A stretch of DNA of 64,000 bases from Vicinamibacteria bacterium. GTDB lineage: Bacteria; Acidobacteriota; Vicinamibacteria; Marinacidobacterales; Marinacidobacteraceae. Where the stretch lies: assembly GCA_963668695.2 (NCBI GenBank), contig CAXXLQ010000004.1, positions 1,600,001-1,664,000 on the forward strand. The letters run 5' to 3'. The notes under the pieces are model-generated. The model did not search any database. It saw only the letters and a list, made by a program, of their open reading frames with translations, and was not told the origin of the DNA. Positions 1 to 9,860 of the stretch are shown here, in pieces; position 1 is the stretch's first letter; every line of letters starts with the position of its first letter. The position numbers and the translations under genes are program-made.

Positions 1-1967
1 ACCCGATTGGTTCCCGGGTCCAGCGCGCTCAGGACCGCCCCGAGTTCGTCCACGGTGAAGTTCCGGTCGCCGTTCAGATCGTTCCACGCGTGCTTTCGGT
101 TCCGGTCGCCGGCGACGCTCGCCTGCTGCACCCGATCGAGCCAGAGAACCCAGTAGTAGCGGCCGTAGCTCGACTTGAGGAGCGTCCTCGCGTCGCCGGT
201 CAGGTCGAAGACCATCCCGAGGCGCGGCGAGATCGTGTTCCAGATGATCAGGTTGCCGGTCCCTTCCTGCGAGACGGAGTCGAGGTACTCGCTGTTCGGC
301 GCGGTGACCTGGTCGAGGGCGTTCGCCTGCCAGTCCCAACGGGCGCCGAGGTTCAGCCGGAGCTTGTTGTTGACCGCCCAGGAGTCCTGGAGGAAGGCGG
401 AGCGCTGCGGACCGGTCGCGGCGACCGCGCCGGAGGCCCAGAGGACGACCTCCGAAGGCTCGCCGTTGAAGAAGTGGAGGCGATGGTCGGCCGGATAGGT
501 GTTCCGGGCCACCCCGCCGCCCTGGTTGCCGAAGGCCCGGATCTGCCCGATCTCGAAGCCTGCCTTGAAGTCGTGGTCGCCTCCCCAGTCGCTCCGGTAC
601 CAGGAAACGGTGGTGGCCGCGTTCCGGAGGGTCTTGTGCACGCCGAGCTCGTTGGGCGGGGCGTCCGACCACTGGCCGGTGGCCAGGTCGAGCCGGGCGG
701 GAGTGTTCGCGACATCCACTTCGGGCTGGGCTCTCAGCTCGAAGCCCTGGTCCATGACGTTGGCCTTGAAGGCGACCAGCACGTTCGGACTCGGGGTCCA
801 GTCATCCCGGAAGGTGAAGAGCCGCGCGATGGGCGCGCCCTGCTGGTTCCAGGTGGTCGCCAACGGCCGCAGCGAACTGAGCGAGCGGTTGAACCGCTTC
901 TTCTGGGCCATGTTGAAGTAGACGGAGAAGTTGTGGTCCTGGTTGATCGCCCAGTTGATCTTTGCCGACGGGTACCAGAGCACCGTCTCGTCGATCGGGA
1001 AGCTCCCGTCCGGATTCTGGGTGCCGGTCACGAACTTCTGGACGACCTGGTGGCGATGGCCGGCCCACCACCAGAGCTTGTCCTCGATGATCGGACCGCC
1101 GACTTCGAAGCCCAGGTCGAGGTACTGGTTCAGGTTGCTCGCCCGGTCCACTCCGAGGCCCATCAGGTGGCTGTCCACGTTGTTGGACTGCATTCCCTCG
1201 TTCCCGAAGTAGAGACTGGTGGTCCCCCCGAGATTGTTCGATCCGGACTTCGGCACGATGTTCATCACCATGCCGGGCGTCTGCACTTCGGCGCTGTGGG
1301 AGCTGACCTCTACCTGCATCTCCTCGAAGGAGTCCACGTCGAAGTAGAACTGCGAACCGCCGTTCGACTGGTTGTCGGTGACGTTCGCCCCGTTCAGCAC
1401 GTAGATGTTTTGTCCGGGGAACACCCCGTGGCCCCGGAACGAGAGTTGGTTTCCGGTCTCGGTGCCCCCGACGTTGATCCGGTTCGTCGTCACCCCCGGG
1501 ACCTGGGAAATCATCGCCCACGGGTCCCGCGCGTTCGGAACGTTCTCCATCACCTCCTCGGTGAAGTTGAACGCCACGTCCGTCGCCTGGGTCTCGATGA
1601 CGGGCGCCGCGCCGGTCACCGTGACCGTCTCCTCGATGCTCGCGACGGTGAGCTCCGCGTTCAGGGTGAACGTGGTGTCCGTCGAGACCCGGACTCCTTC
1701 AAACACTTGCTCGCCGAAGCCGCTGAGCGCGAAGGAGATCTGGTACACCCCGGGCGGAATGTTCCCGAGGCGAAAGGAGCCGTTTCCGGTGGTCACCGCG
1801 GAACGGGAACCCCCGAGGATGTTGGGCCCGGCGATCGTCACCGCGACCCCCGGAAGGACGCCCGCCGAGGCGTCCGTCACCCGGCCCTGCAGGGCTCCCG
1901 TCTGTTCCTGGGCCAGAACTGAGGAAGAAAGGAGAACAAGGCCGATACCCAAGAACAAACGCCGCAT
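1..1967 (-). CDS. TonB-dependent receptor (Oar-like, N-terminal carboxypeptidase-regulatory-like domain), 3' end outside the window
   Basis: Hand translation from ATG 1967: MRRLFLGIGLVLLSSSVLAQEQTGALQGRVTDASAGVLPGVAVT...NVPNARDPWAMISQVPG...YVLNGANVTD...FDVDSFEEMQV. Signal peptide and plug motifs; paralogous to 41626-44463. Confidence 0.9.
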   Translation of the reverse strand, partial: MRRLFLGIGLVLLSSSVLAQEQTGALQGRVTDASAGVLPGVAVTIAGPNILGGSRSAVTTGNGSFRLGNIPPGVYQISFALSGFGEQVFEGVRVSTDTTFTLNAELTVASIEETVTVTGAAPVIETQATDVAFNFTEEVMENVPNARDPWAMISQVPGVTTNRINVGGTETGNQLSFRGHGVFPGQNIYVLNGANVTDNQSNGGSQFYFDVDSFEEMQVEVSSHSAEVQTPGMVMNIVPKSGSNNLGGTTSLYFGNEGMQSNNVDSHLMGLGVDRASNLNQYLDLGFEVGGPIIEDKLWWWAGHRHQVVQKFVTGTQNPDGSFPIDETVLWYPSAKINWAINQDHNFSVYFNMAQKKRFNRSLSSLRPLATTWNQQGAPIARLFTFRDDWTPSPNVLVAFKANVMDQGFELRAQPEVDVANTPARLDLATGQWSDAPPNELGVHKTLRNAATTVSWYRSDWGGDHDFKAGFEIGQIRAFGNQGGGVARNTYPADHRLHFFNGEPSEVVLWASGAVAATGPQRSAFLQDSWAVNNKLRLNLGARWDWQANALDQVTAPNSEYLDSVSQEGTGNLIIWNTISPRLGMVFDLTGDARTLLKSSYGRYYWVLWLDRVQQASVAGDRNRKHAWNDLNGDRNFTVDELGAVLSALDPGTNR

Positions 1968-2190
1968 GGAGAACCCCCGCACACTTCGGTGCCGAAACCG
2001 AGAGCCCAGTGGCCCCGGTGCTATCGCTCCGGACCTACGCACGCCGCGGCCACCCTTGGGTGGGCTGGCGGTGTTGCCGGAAACGCATGGATGGCGGGAG
2101 CCGCCAAGTCGGACTCCTTCGGTCGGGTATATCAGATCGGAAGGATGGGCTTCAAATGGGCAAACGTGGCAACCTGACATCTGAACGGGT

Positions 2191-2535
2191 TAGCAGCCTG
2201 TGGCAAAACCCACGCGGCCCAGTTCTCCCGGTGGGGGCTCGGCCGGCGATCCATCCCGGCCAAACAACCGGTGATGAAACCCACGCGGCCCAGTTCTCCC
2301 GGTGGGGGCTCGGCCGGCGATCCATCCCGGCTGACCGCGTCGCTGCGCGCCGCTCATCGTTGCGTTTCGGTCGAAATACACCCGGGCCAGTTCTCCCGGT
2401 GGGGGCTCCTCCCTCACGCGCCTTGTCAGCCGGGCCCCCACCGGGAGGACTGGCCCCACCGGGAGAACTGGGCCTCGCCCCCACCGGGAGAACTGGCCAA
2501 CCTCGGCGCTCACCCGGGTTTCACCACAGGCTGCA
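2191..2535. mobile_element. MITE-like repeat element, copy 1 (duplicated 71-bp terminus, six 18-bp inserts)
   Basis: Ends tagcagcctgtgg...ccacaggctgca are inverted repeats. Internal modules (atcccggctga, ttgcgtttcggtcgaaatacac, ctccctcacgcgccttgtcagccgg) recur in about 12 intergenic regions. Confidence 0.8.
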
Positions 2536-2594
2536 GGGAACCCGTTCAGCCGATCTCGCCCCCTCCCGAGGTGAATCGTTACGCTGTCTCGATT

Positions 2595-4034
2595 GTGGCT
2601 GACCCGGTGAGGAACATCGCGACGACTCAACCCGCTGCGGCCGACCCGGAGCCTCGCCTGGAGTTTTTCGGCGGATTGACCGGAGCCTTCCTCCCGCTTC
2701 TGCTCTTCGGAGTCGCGGTGGTGGCGGTGACCCTGACGGGGATGATCACCATTCAGGCGTACCTCGGGCCCCTGGTCGTCATCGTCGGGCTGGTCATCGT
2801 GCTCGCGAAAGATCGGTCCGCCGCGTGCGAAGCCATGATCGCCGGAGTGCGGGACCGCACGCTCATCGTGATGATCTTCGCGTTCTTCGGGGCGGGCGTT
2901 TTGGGCCAGTTGCTGGTCGCCTCCGGCCTGGTCGAGGCGCTGGTGTGGCTCGGGAATTTCGCGGGCGTTCAGGGAACACTCTTCGTTTTGCTCGTTTTCC
3001 TGATCACGGCACTCATCTCCACCGCCATCGGCACCTCGACCGGCACCGTCGTCACCGCCGTTCCCGTTCTCTTTCCGGTCGGGATCGTCCTCGGCGCCCA
3101 CCCGGCGCTGCTGCTGGGCGCCATTTACAGCGGGGCCCGGTTCGGAGACAACCTCTCGCCCATCTCGGACACGACCATCGCGTCGGCATTCACGCAGGGC
3201 GCCGAGGTCGGCGAAGTGGTCGCGAGCCGGGTCAAGTACGCGCTCGTCGCGGGAGGCTTCTCGCTCGCTCTGTATGCGATCGCCGGTGCCGGGCTCGGAA
3301 GCGGCAACTACCAGATCAGCGGCGCCCTGGCGGCGCCGGCCGCTGAGTTTGCGCAACCGAAGGCGCTCTGGATGCTCCTGGCTCCGGCGATGACGATCGT
3401 CCTCTGCGTTCGGGGACGGTCCCTCATCCACGCGCTCTGGTACGGGATTTTCGGCGCGATCCTGATCGGCCTTACCACCGGAACCTTGTCCTTGGCGGCG
3501 CTTTATTCGGTCACGCCGCCGCGAGGGGTCGGGGGGGCGATCACCGAGGGACTCGTCGGCATGCGGGACGTCATCTTCCTGACCATCCTGATCATGGCCA
3601 TATTGGGTGCGCTGCGGCGAGCCGGAGCACTGGAGGAAGCGACTCGCCGCATCTCGGCATTCGCGACCACGGCCCGGCGGGCGGAACTCTCCATTTTCGG
3701 ACTCGTGTCGGTGGCATGTCCGCTCTGCGCCTCGAACACCCCTGCCATGCTGTTCAGCGGTCCGGTGGTCCGAGAGATCGGGGAGCGTTTTCGCCTGCAC
3801 CGCACCCGACGCGCCAACCTGATGGATCTTGCCGGCAACGGCGTCACCGAGAACCTGCCCCACATCAACACCATGCTGGCCCTGGCCGGGGTGATGGTTG
3901 CCGCTCACGAAGCCACCGGCGCGCCGCTCGTGCCCCTCACGACCGTCGGGCTGCTCTCCTTTCACCCGCTGATGCTCTCTATCGTCGCGCTGGTGGCGAT
4001 CGGTACCGGATGGGGATCCAGGACCACCGCGTGA
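2595..4034 (+). CDS. Na+/H+ antiporter NhaC-family transporter (possible amino-acid uptake)
   Basis: Multi-pass hydrophobic protein with STAIGTSTGT and GARFGDNLSPISDTTIASA motifs. Start uncertain (GTG 2571, 2595 or 2607); the ORF extension to 2271 is repeat-derived. Confidence 0.85.
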   Translation: MADPVRNIATTQPAAADPEPRLEFFGGLTGAFLPLLLFGVAVVAVTLTGMITIQAYLGPLVVIVGLVIVLAKDRSAACEAMIAGVRDRTLIVMIFAFFGAGVLGQLLVASGLVEALVWLGNFAGVQGTLFVLLVFLITALISTAIGTSTGTVVTAVPVLFPVGIVLGAHPALLLGAIYSGARFGDNLSPISDTTIASAFTQGAEVGEVVASRVKYALVAGGFSLALYAIAGAGLGSGNYQISGALAAPAAEFAQPKALWMLLAPAMTIVLCVRGRSLIHALWYGIFGAILIGLTTGTLSLAALYSVTPPRGVGGAITEGLVGMRDVIFLTILIMAILGALRRAGALEEATRRISAFATTARRAELSIFGLVSVACPLCASNTPAMLFSGPVVREIGERFRLHRTRRANLMDLAGNGVTENLPHINTMLALAGVMVAAHEATGAPLVPLTTVGLLSFHPLMLSIVALVAIGTGWGSRTTA

Positions 4035-4053
4035 CGTGGTCCACCGGCCGTCA

Positions 4054-5379
4054 ATGACCGGGCGGCGCGGGCGAGAGCACCCGCAGCGGCCACCTCGGCC
4101 ACATCGGCCACATCGAACCGACGCGTTCGGCAACGTCATCGATCCCGTCGTCGGATACGCCCGCGGCGCCATCCTCTCGAGCTCCCACGAAGAGACGCTG
4201 AGGAACGAACGCGCACATGCGCTCATCCGGGCGCGGGTCGAGAAGCTCGGCCCGGAAAGCATCTACGTCTTCACCGGCATGGCCGGTGAGCTATCCCTGG
4301 CCGAGGAGGACCTGGCGACCCTCGCGCGAGAGTCCATCGGGCGGGTGCTCTTTGGCCGGGCGCTCAGGGAGCGGGCCCTTGCTCACTTGGGCGGCGCCGC
4401 GAACGACGGCGTGGCCGTCCTGAATCGAACCTCCGGCGGGATCATTGCCGCCGCCCTGGCGTTTTGCGCGCCTGGCGAGACGCTCATTTCTCTCGTTCCC
4501 GGCGCGATTTCCCACCCGAGCCTGACCCGGGGCGCGGAGCTGGCCGGCGCCTCGCTGCTCGAAGTGAGCGACTTGCGCGGCCTCCAGCGGGGCCTCGAGG
4601 AGACCGAGGGCCGGCTGGTGATCGTTACCGGCGTCACGAGCGAACAGGTCGTCATGCCGGAGGCCGACCTGGTGGAATCCCTGCGCTTGATACGGCGGGC
4701 CGGCCGTATATCTCTCGTGGACGATGCGTACGGCGCCAGGGTCAGAACCGTGCTGTTCGGCCAGCCGGCGGCGAGGTCCGCCGGGGCGGATCTGGCGATC
4801 ACCAGCAATCAGAAAGCCGGCCTGACCGGGCCGACCGCGGGCTTGCTGGTAGGGGATCCTTCCCTCGTGCGGAGGGTATTGTCGGTGGCCGCCCAGCACG
4901 GGCTGGAAGCCCGCGCCGCCATCGCGCTTGGCGTTTTGCGGTCCCTCGAGCGATATACGCCGGCGCGGCTGCTGGCCGACGCCGCGGTCGGCAAGGAATT
5001 GCACGCCGCGATGTCCGCGGCGTTCGGCGCGGATCGGGTTTCACTCACCGCCCTCGGACCCATCATCGAAGAGGACGACATCCTTGGCATTGCGCTCGCC
5101 CGAACCCGAGCCCCGGAGACGTCCGTGTCCATCGTGCCGTCCGAGGCCTCGGCCGGGCTCGGGATGCTGCTGCTGGAACACCACGGGATCCTCACCGTGA
5201 ACGCCGCGGGAACGCCCGGTTCGCGCGTATCCCTGCGGTTGAAGGCGTCGAGCGCTGAAATGGAGCGCGTCGGGAACCCCGGAGCGGTCGTCGCCGCCGT
5301 CCAGGACGCGTTCGAGCGAATCGCTCGGGTCGTTGCGGATGCGGACGCCATGCGGCGTCTCATCCTTCCCGCTGGTTAG
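4054..5379 (+). CDS. PLP-dependent enzyme, SelA-like / MJ0158 (TIGR03576)-like family
   Basis: Motifs NRTSGGIIA, SHPS, VDDAYGARVR and TSNQKAGLTGPTAGLLVG (candidate PLP lysine). Confidence 0.75.
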   Translation: MTGRRGREHPQRPPRPHRPHRTDAFGNVIDPVVGYARGAILSSSHEETLRNERAHALIRARVEKLGPESIYVFTGMAGELSLAEEDLATLARESIGRVLFGRALRERALAHLGGAANDGVAVLNRTSGGIIAAALAFCAPGETLISLVPGAISHPSLTRGAELAGASLLEVSDLRGLQRGLEETEGRLVIVTGVTSEQVVMPEADLVESLRLIRRAGRISLVDDAYGARVRTVLFGQPAARSAGADLAITSNQKAGLTGPTAGLLVGDPSLVRRVLSVAAQHGLEARAAIALGVLRSLERYTPARLLADAAVGKELHAAMSAAFGADRVSLTALGPIIEEDDILGIALARTRAPETSVSIVPSEASAGLGMLLLEHHGILTVNAAGTPGSRVSLRLKASSAEMERVGNPGAVVAAVQDAFERIARVVADADAMRRLILPAG

Positions 5380-6662
5380 CGCGGCCGCGGAAAGGCGGAC
5401 TGGAGCGTCAGTAAGAAACTCGGGGAAGGTGGGGCGCCGAACTTCTCGGCCGACTCCACGTGTGCCCAGGCGGCGGCGAACTCCCCCTCGGCCGCGAGCA
5501 CGATCGCCAGGTCCCGATGCACGGCGCCGTCCTGTGGACTGCGGTCGAGCACCGCCCGGTAGTGGCGGATGGCTCGGTCGTTGTCGCCCCGGTAGGCGAA
5601 GAGCCCGGCGAGGGTGCGGTGCGCGTCGGCGTCGGCCGGGGCGTGTTCCAGTGCGACCTCAAGCTGGGCTGAGGCCTCGTCCCGTCTCCCCAGCATGAGG
5701 AGCGCATTCCCGAGGTTCACGCGGGCTGCAACATGCCCGGGACGCGCCCCGATCGCCGCTTCATAACGCTCGACGGCCTCTTCGAATTGGCGCGTCCGCA
5801 CGTAGAGGTTGCCGGAGTTGTAGAGAAGGTCGGGATCCCCCGGACTGAGGGCCAGCAGGCGTTCGTATACCGCTTCGGCTTCGGTGATGTCCCCGGCCGC
5901 TTCGGCGCGGAGCGCCTGCTGTTCGTAGCCGCGGTTGGAGACCGCCTCGCTCCAGACCTCGGCGAGGAGCGGGTCGCCCGCCGGGACCGTACCTGGCAAC
6001 TCGCGGGCGGCCGCCGCCGCCCGCCGCGCCGCTTCATCGTCCCCCTGCCGGGTGTAGAGGCGCGCGAGCGCCGCCTGGACCGGCCCGGCCCGCGGTTCGA
6101 GCGCGGCGGCCCGCTCAAGATGTCCACGGGCCGCAGCAAGTTCGCCGCGCTGCGTGAGGAGTTGCCCGATTCCGAGCTCGGCGGCGGCCGAGTCCGGGGC
6201 GGCGTCGAGGGCTCGGCGGTAGCGGTCGAGAGCCAGGTCGGGGCTTCCGGAGCGTTCGAGGAGTTCGGCCGCCAGCAGATGGGCCGGCGGGTAGTCGGGA
6301 TGGAGATGCAGGACACGGTCAACTGCCTCCAGGGCATCGTCCGGACGAACGTTCTTCAGGGCGGTGGCGCGCAGGTACGGCCAGCGGAAGTCCGTCGGGT
6401 CGAGTTCTTCAGCCTGGGAGTAACTTGCCTCCGCCTCTTCTTCCAGGCCGTGCGCCTGAAACGTCTTCCCGAGGGAGCCCCAGGACTCCGCGGAGCCAGG
6501 ATCCTCCGCGACCAGCAGGCGATGCCGGGAGATCTTCTCCTGAACCTGTGGCTCCATGGCCGCGGTCTCCGGGTCCGGAATGCGGACCGGAGATGGCGGC
6601 TGGGCGAGCGCCCAGGAGGCCGCCAGGACGCTCAGGGCGGCGGCCGCAAGTCGGCTCTTCAG
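5376..6662 (-). CDS. Secreted tetratricopeptide-repeat protein
   Basis: Many TPR helices. A signal-peptide-like stretch lies in frame upstream of ATG 6557, back to a CTG at 6662 that overlaps the upstream stop. Confidence 0.85.
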   Translation of the reverse strand: MKSRLAAAALSVLAASWALAQPPSPVRIPDPETAAMEPQVQEKISRHRLLVAEDPGSAESWGSLGKTFQAHGLEEEAEASYSQAEELDPTDFRWPYLRATALKNVRPDDALEAVDRVLHLHPDYPPAHLLAAELLERSGSPDLALDRYRRALDAAPDSAAAELGIGQLLTQRGELAAARGHLERAAALEPRAGPVQAALARLYTRQGDDEAARRAAAAARELPGTVPAGDPLLAEVWSEAVSNRGYEQQALRAEAAGDITEAEAVYERLLALSPGDPDLLYNSGNLYVRTRQFEEAVERYEAAIGARPGHVAARVNLGNALLMLGRRDEASAQLEVALEHAPADADAHRTLAGLFAYRGDNDRAIRHYRAVLDRSPQDGAVHRDLAIVLAAEGEFAAAWAHVESAEKFGAPPSPSFLLTLQSAFPRPR

Positions 6663-8431
6663 CGCGGCGCGCCCCCGTCCGTCGAACCGATGGTGATCGT
6701 GCGCTGGTGCCGGCCGGCCCGTTTCGCCCAGGCGTCCACGGTGACCTCCATCAGGCCCTCTCCCCGGACCGTCCAGGAGATCGTCTTTCGGGATTCGTCG
6801 GCGCCCGATCCCCAGCGGCGGATGTAGGCGAGCTTGCCGAGGATGTGTCCGGCGTCCACCTTGGCCGGTCCGCTCGTCACCTCGCCGCCCTCCACCCGAA
6901 TCTCGGCGAGGATGGGGTAGTCGAGGCGGATTTCGAGCGCTTTCCGGGTGACGTAGGTGGACAGGTAGCCCTCGTTCTGCAGCACCGCGGTGACCCGGTG
7001 TTCGCCCGGAGAGACCTGTTCGGCGTCGAGTTCGATGATCCTGAGCAGCGGCGACCGGTCGGCGATTTGCATCAGATACTGGTAGTGGATCCCGCTTTCG
7101 AACTCGAGGCGGTCGTCAATTCCCTGGGGTAGTCCCCGGTAGCCGCCGATTTCGACTTCGCCGAGTTCGGGATGCTGGTAGGGGGTCCAGGGTGCGAAAT
7201 AGACGCCGTCCTTCTCCTCGTCCACCCAGCGCAGGATTTCGTACTGCGTCACATAGCCGTCCTGATCGTAGTCCCGGCCCGCCCCCGAGATTTCGGGCAG
7301 CAGGCTGTGGATTCCGACCTGCATGTAGGCCCAGTCGTTCGAAAACCCGTGCATCGTCTCGCCGTAGCGGCCGGCCTTCACCTCCTGGGCGTAGTAGTTG
7401 TTGTTCATCACCCCGCCCTGCGAAAGCCACGACCAGATGGCCCCCAGGCGGGTATAGAAGTCGTTGTCCTCCGGGGGCATGTATTCGAACGGATGGCTCA
7501 TCGGCGGGCGGACGATGTAGTTCCGCGCGCCGCCCCCGGAGTGGATCGTGTAGGTGAAGTAGATGTTGGGATGGGAAGTGACGAACTCGGCGACGGCGCG
7601 CACCTCGGGCAGGAAGAAGGGGTAGGGACCGGCGCCGGGCTCGTTCCGCTGCCATTCGGCGGACCAGTTCCGGTTGAAGTTGGGCTCCTCGCGCTCGTCG
7701 GTCACCTCCCGCGTAAGGCTTGCGCCTTCGCGGTACACCCGGTAGCGCCGCTCGGGCGGCGCAAGTCTCTCGAAGTCCTCGGGTTCTTCCAGTGCGGTCG
7801 GGACGAAGCTCCAGCGGCCTCCGGTGCGGTCTCGGACCTGGAGCATGAGCCGTTCATCGATCCCGCTCGGGTAGTGGGTCCCCTCGGGATCGCGGACCCG
7901 CATCTGGGTGAGGTAGCCGTCGCCGTCGAGATCCTTCCCGTTGTGCTCCTCCGGTTTGTGCTCCGGCCAGGTGGGATGCCGGGTGAGGGCGGCCTCCCCG
8001 CCGTCGGCATCGAAGATGGGCAGCACGTAGAAGGTGCGGGTATCCAGGAGGCGGGTGGCGATCGGATCCTTCCCGTAGCTCGCGATGGCCGCCTCTGCGA
8101 AGTACCACATCAACTGGCGGCCGGTGACTTCACCGGCGTGGATGTTCCCGTCGAGCCAGAGCGCCGGCTTCTCCTCGCCCGGGCCGGTCTCGATGTTCGT
8201 GATTTCGAGGACGACGAGATCCCGTCCCTGCCGGCTCTTGCCGATGACGTGGGTGCGGGCGAGGTTCGGGTACATCTCCGCCAGCTCGTGCAGCCGGTCC
8301 GACACCTCCTGGTGCAGGGGATACGGCCAACGCTCGAAGTCGAAGTCGACGTCTTCGGGGATGCTCGCGAACTGGCCCGCCTGGGCCGGTAGGGCAAGGA
8401 GCAGCAAGGCAGCGAAGAGAAGGTTGCGCAT
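6659..8431 (-). CDS. M14 family zinc carboxypeptidase
   Basis: Signal peptide MRNLLFAALLLLALPAQAG; motifs GNIHAGE (HxxE), NFNRNW, PEVRAV, TIHSGG. Confidence 0.9.
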   Translation of the reverse strand: MRNLLFAALLLLALPAQAGQFASIPEDVDFDFERWPYPLHQEVSDRLHELAEMYPNLARTHVIGKSRQGRDLVVLEITNIETGPGEEKPALWLDGNIHAGEVTGRQLMWYFAEAAIASYGKDPIATRLLDTRTFYVLPIFDADGGEAALTRHPTWPEHKPEEHNGKDLDGDGYLTQMRVRDPEGTHYPSGIDERLMLQVRDRTGGRWSFVPTALEEPEDFERLAPPERRYRVYREGASLTREVTDEREEPNFNRNWSAEWQRNEPGAGPYPFFLPEVRAVAEFVTSHPNIYFTYTIHSGGGARNYIVRPPMSHPFEYMPPEDNDFYTRLGAIWSWLSQGGVMNNNYYAQEVKAGRYGETMHGFSNDWAYMQVGIHSLLPEISGAGRDYDQDGYVTQYEILRWVDEEKDGVYFAPWTPYQHPELGEVEIGGYRGLPQGIDDRLEFESGIHYQYLMQIADRSPLLRIIELDAEQVSPGEHRVTAVLQNEGYLSTYVTRKALEIRLDYPILAEIRVEGGEVTSGPAKVDAGHILGKLAYIRRWGSGADESRKTISWTVRGEGLMEVTVDAWAKRAGRHQRTITIGSTDGGAPR

Positions 8432-8537
8432 GATCGTCCTCCTTGGAGAGGCTCTCGGGTCGTTCGGGTGTACCACACCGGCGCCTGGACCCGCGAATTG
8501 CAGACCCTGCTAGGATGCGAGCCGCCTCCGTTTCCCC

Positions 8538-9860
8538 GTGTCCGACCGCTTTCCGCCGCTGGCCAAGGCAGCGATCTGCTGCGTGACTGCCGGCCTCCTC
8601 GCCTCTTCGGCGGACGCCCAGTACGGCTACTTCCCGGATCAACCCGAGGCGGTTGAGGTGGCGGATCTTTCGCGGCGGCCCAGTTTCTTCCACGAAAAGG
8701 CGGTGCTCACCCGCGGCAAGCTGGGTTTTTCCTTCGGGATCGACCAGAGGGTGATGGTGCTCGAAGATCCGGAATTCCTCGCCGAGGAGATCCTGATCGC
8801 CCAGCCCTACATGAGCAGCAACGACCTCCCCTTCATGGGCGGTGGGGAAGTGGAGATCGAGGGGTGGTTCTTCGACACCAGCCAATTCCAATACATGCGT
8901 GTCGAAATGCATCCCATCCTTCGGAACTACCCGGTGGATCCTTCCTGGGGCGAGAACTCCATGGACATGCGGACCCGGGGTTTCCTCGCCATCGTTGCCG
9001 TGACCCCGATCCGCGCCACCGAGGATCTTTCATCGAAGCGCGAGCGGGAAGCGAAGGCGGAAATGGCGGTCGGCGATGCGATCAAGATCGAGGCCGGGAG
9101 CGTGGCCGCGGTCGATATCGCCGAACTGGTTGACGACCCGGATCCCTGGCTGAGCCGCCGCATCGAAGTGATCGGCAAATTCCGCGGCAACAACCTGTTC
9201 GGCGATCTCTCCATCAAGGACAAGAAGACGCCGCGCGACTTCGTGATCAAGACCGCGGAGGACGCGATCTGGATCACCGGGATGCGGCCGGCCGGCAATG
9301 GCTTCCGGTTCGATCCGAAACGCCGCCGCGACACCGGCAAATGGTTGCGCGTATACGGGAGGCCCTGGACCGACGACGGGATGGTCTATCTCCGCGCCGA
9401 ACGGATCGAACTCACCGATCCGCCGGATGACGAATCCCTCGAGCCGGTGGACATCCGAGTCGCCGAGAAGGAGGCCCGGGAGGCGGAGATCACGTCGCCG
9501 CGGGTCGTCTTTTCGCTGCCCCTTGACGGAGAACGGGAGATTCCGCTCGACAGCGAGTTCCGGGTGCAGTTCTCGAACCGGATGGCCGCGACCAGCTTCC
9601 ACGCCGCAGTGGACCTCCTCTACGCGGACGATCCCTACTACGACGATCCGTTTCCGGATCTCGAGTTGACCTACGACGACGGCAGCCGGACGCTGCTCGT
9701 CGTTCCTCACGCCAGCCTGGATCCGGGGCGCGAGGTCCACCTCATCCTCTATGGGGAGATCGCGGACGAGCACGGCCAGCATCTGGAGTCGCAGCCACTC
9801 GCCGCCGAGTGGGACGAGAACGCGGTCTGGGTGCTGTCCTTTCGCACTGCCTCCCCGTGA
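8538..9860 (+). CDS. Secreted protein with C-terminal Ig-like (Big_5-type) domain
   Basis: Signal peptide; C-terminal PRVVFSLPLDGEREIPLDSEFRVQFSNRM...LLVVPHASL pattern. Confidence 0.65.
   Translation: MSDRFPPLAKAAICCVTAGLLASSADAQYGYFPDQPEAVEVADLSRRPSFFHEKAVLTRGKLGFSFGIDQRVMVLEDPEFLAEEILIAQPYMSSNDLPFMGGGEVEIEGWFFDTSQFQYMRVEMHPILRNYPVDPSWGENSMDMRTRGFLAIVAVTPIRATEDLSSKREREAKAEMAVGDAIKIEAGSVAAVDIAELVDDPDPWLSRRIEVIGKFRGNNLFGDLSIKDKKTPRDFVIKTAEDAIWITGMRPAGNGFRFDPKRRRDTGKWLRVYGRPWTDDGMVYLRAERIELTDPPDDESLEPVDIRVAEKEAREAEITSPRVVFSLPLDGEREIPLDSEFRVQFSNRMAATSFHAAVDLLYADDPYYDDPFPDLELTYDDGSRTLLVVPHASLDPGREVHLILYGEIADEHGQHLESQPLAAEWDENAVWVLSFRTASP

Noticed and set aside
90-1922. 610-aa plus-strand ORF and similar long antisense ORFs (e.g. 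2190-4262, 16950-18566, 61301-62815)
   Set aside because: These are shadows of recognisable genes on the opposite strand in high-GC DNA.
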